From Methanosarcinales archaeon (lineage in GTDB: Archaea; Halobacteriota; Syntropharchaeia; Alkanophagales; Methanospirareceae): a stretch of 13,781 bases of DNA. Below, piece after piece: positions 12,972-13,781 of this stretch. The translations under genes and the position numbers were made by a program. Each line of letters begins with the position of its first letter. Positions within the stretch are counted from its first letter, which is position 1. The notes below the pieces were generated by a model. The model did no database searches, was not told the origin of the DNA, and was given only the letters and a program-made list of their open reading frames with translations. The stretch lies in assembly GCA_009618475.1 (NCBI GenBank), contig WJOV01000156.1, forward strand, positions 1-13,781, in the 5' to 3' direction.

Positions 12972-13454
12972 CTAACTCCCTTCTTCTCTTAACACTATTT
13001 CAACAGTAACCGTATCCGTATTCTTGGGTGTAGCACGACCAAAAGCTCTTGGCATTGTCCCTTTTAACGTTCGTCCTTTCTTCGTCGCTACATGCCATAT
13101 TCTCGTTTCTTCCGGGTCCAGCCCTTTATATTCTGCATTGCCTTTCGCATCTCTTATCAATTTCAATATCTCCGCGCACGTCTTCACCGGGTATCTCCCG
13201 GCATACCACTTCTCCAGCCCCTTTCGATGCGCAAGTTTCTTTTTATGCCGTTTGAAAGGAATAGCCACGCGTTTTTCCAGCACTGCTTCCAGGTATGCCT
13301 CTGCATCCGCCACTTTCTTTCCTTTTATCGCCCTGCACACCTCGAACGCATGTTTGGGAGATATGTGGAGTTCATAAACCATAGCCTTCGCAGTCGTTTC
13401 CGGATCGATTTTGGTTTCTGTTTCCGTATCCATGCAAAATTTTACCCTGCCCAT
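12972..13454 (-). CDS. rpl22: 50S ribosomal protein L22 (uL22)
   Basis: 160-aa ORF. ISPKHAFEVCRAIKGKKV..AEAYLEAVLEKR.AIPFKRH....AHRKG....GRYPVK....ILKLI..A..NAE.KGLD is the archaeal uL22 pattern. Confidence 0.9.
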   Translation of the reverse strand: MGRVKFCMDTETETKIDPETTAKAMVYELHISPKHAFEVCRAIKGKKVADAEAYLEAVLEKRVAIPFKRHKKKLAHRKGLEKWYAGRYPVKTCAEILKLIRDAKGNAEYKGLDPEETRIWHVATKKGRTLKGTMPRAFGRATPKNTDTVTVEIVLREEGS

Positions 13455-13478
13455 CTTCCTTCTCTTCTCTTTACTTAC

Positions 13479-13781
13479 TTACTTCAGTGGCACGTATTTT
13501 GAAGACCTCGTAGCTCCCACTCCCGCGGCTCCGTGCAATACTTTTTTACGTGTCAATGCAAACTCGCCCAAATAATGCCCTATCATCTCCGTTTTTATCT
13601 CCACGTATTCGAAGCTTTTCCCACTGTGTATCCCTATCTTCTTCCCCACCATCTCCGGCAGCACGATGGCATCCCGTAAATGTGTTTTAACGCTTTCCTT
13701 ATCCGATTTAAGTTCCTCCAGCAGTTTCTCCTCGTTCTCTCTCAACTTCCTCTTCAATTTCCTTCGCTGCCTCGCACCCAT
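13479..13781 (-). CDS. rps19: 30S ribosomal protein S19 (uS19), probably 5'-truncated by the window edge
   Basis: [68 protein letters not shown] is typical uS19. Archaeal uS19 usually has about 30 more N-terminal residues, so the ATG at 13781 is probably internal. Confidence 0.85.
   Translation of the reverse strand: MGARQRRKLKRKLRENEEKLLEELKSDKESVKTHLRDAIVLPEMVGKKIGIHSGKSFEYVEIKTEMIGHYLGEFALTRKKVLHGAAGVGATRSSKYVPLK

Noticed and set aside
11893-13502. Plus-strand ORFs antisense to the ribosomal protein genes (for example 11893-12300, 13024-13377, 13092-13502)
   Set aside because: They are Ser/Phe/Leu/Pro-rich mirror-frame products of highly conserved minus-strand ribosomal protein genes, with no independent support.
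13779-13781. ATG at the window edge as the true rps19 start
   Set aside because: Archaeal uS19 proteins normally have about 30 more N-terminal residues before the ...R.RR.LKR.L segment. The ORF is open to the window edge, so the gene is treated as partial.

Overview
This window looks archaeal, probably euryarchaeal. The evidence is an S10-type ribosomal protein operon that contains aSUI1 and RNase P protein Rpp29, TTTATATA-type TATA boxes about 25-50 nt upstream of starts, and a tRNA with no encoded CCA. All protein names come from motifs read by eye, because no database search was possible.

Layout:
- (A) 1-4400 is a cytochrome c cluster. It holds a full-length CcmF/NrfE-like heme lyase (1753-3714) and the first 21 codons of a second, oppositely oriented copy at the left edge (1-63). 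Each copy is preceded by a different small membrane-anchored beta-rich protein. Two membrane-anchored multiheme cytochromes c are also present (671-1327 and 3769-4395). Each has five CXXCH motifs plus one atypical motif, CXCH and CX3CH-x-M respectively.
- (B) 4500-9950 encodes a Yip1-like membrane protein, a protein with four winged-helix-like repeats, an HdrD/GlcF-like Fe-S protein with an FAD-linked oxidase, a GNAT acetyltransferase, and a small 2x[4Fe-4S] ferredoxin translationally coupled to AMMECR1.
- (C) 10520-13781 encodes tRNA-Leu(CAA) and, on the minus strand, rps19-rpl22-rps3-rpl29-SUI1-Rpp29-rps17-rpl14.

Most notable observations:
- A perfect inverted repeat of at least 94 bp (1-94 vs 1722-1815) duplicates the CcmF start, its translation initiation region and the last 9 codons of two otherwise unrelated upstream genes. 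It brackets a 1.6-kb cassette.
- A heme lyase is co-located with cytochromes carrying non-canonical heme motifs. This suggests a dedicated maturation module.
- A family of hairpin-rich intergenic repeats with conserved AACCAC(A/G)AGATT termini resembles MITEs, and a 49-bp direct repeat carries a 10-bp-stem palindrome.
- rps3 is split by an apparent +1 frameshift.
- The ribosomal operon ends after rpl14, next to an (AATA)7 microsatellite.
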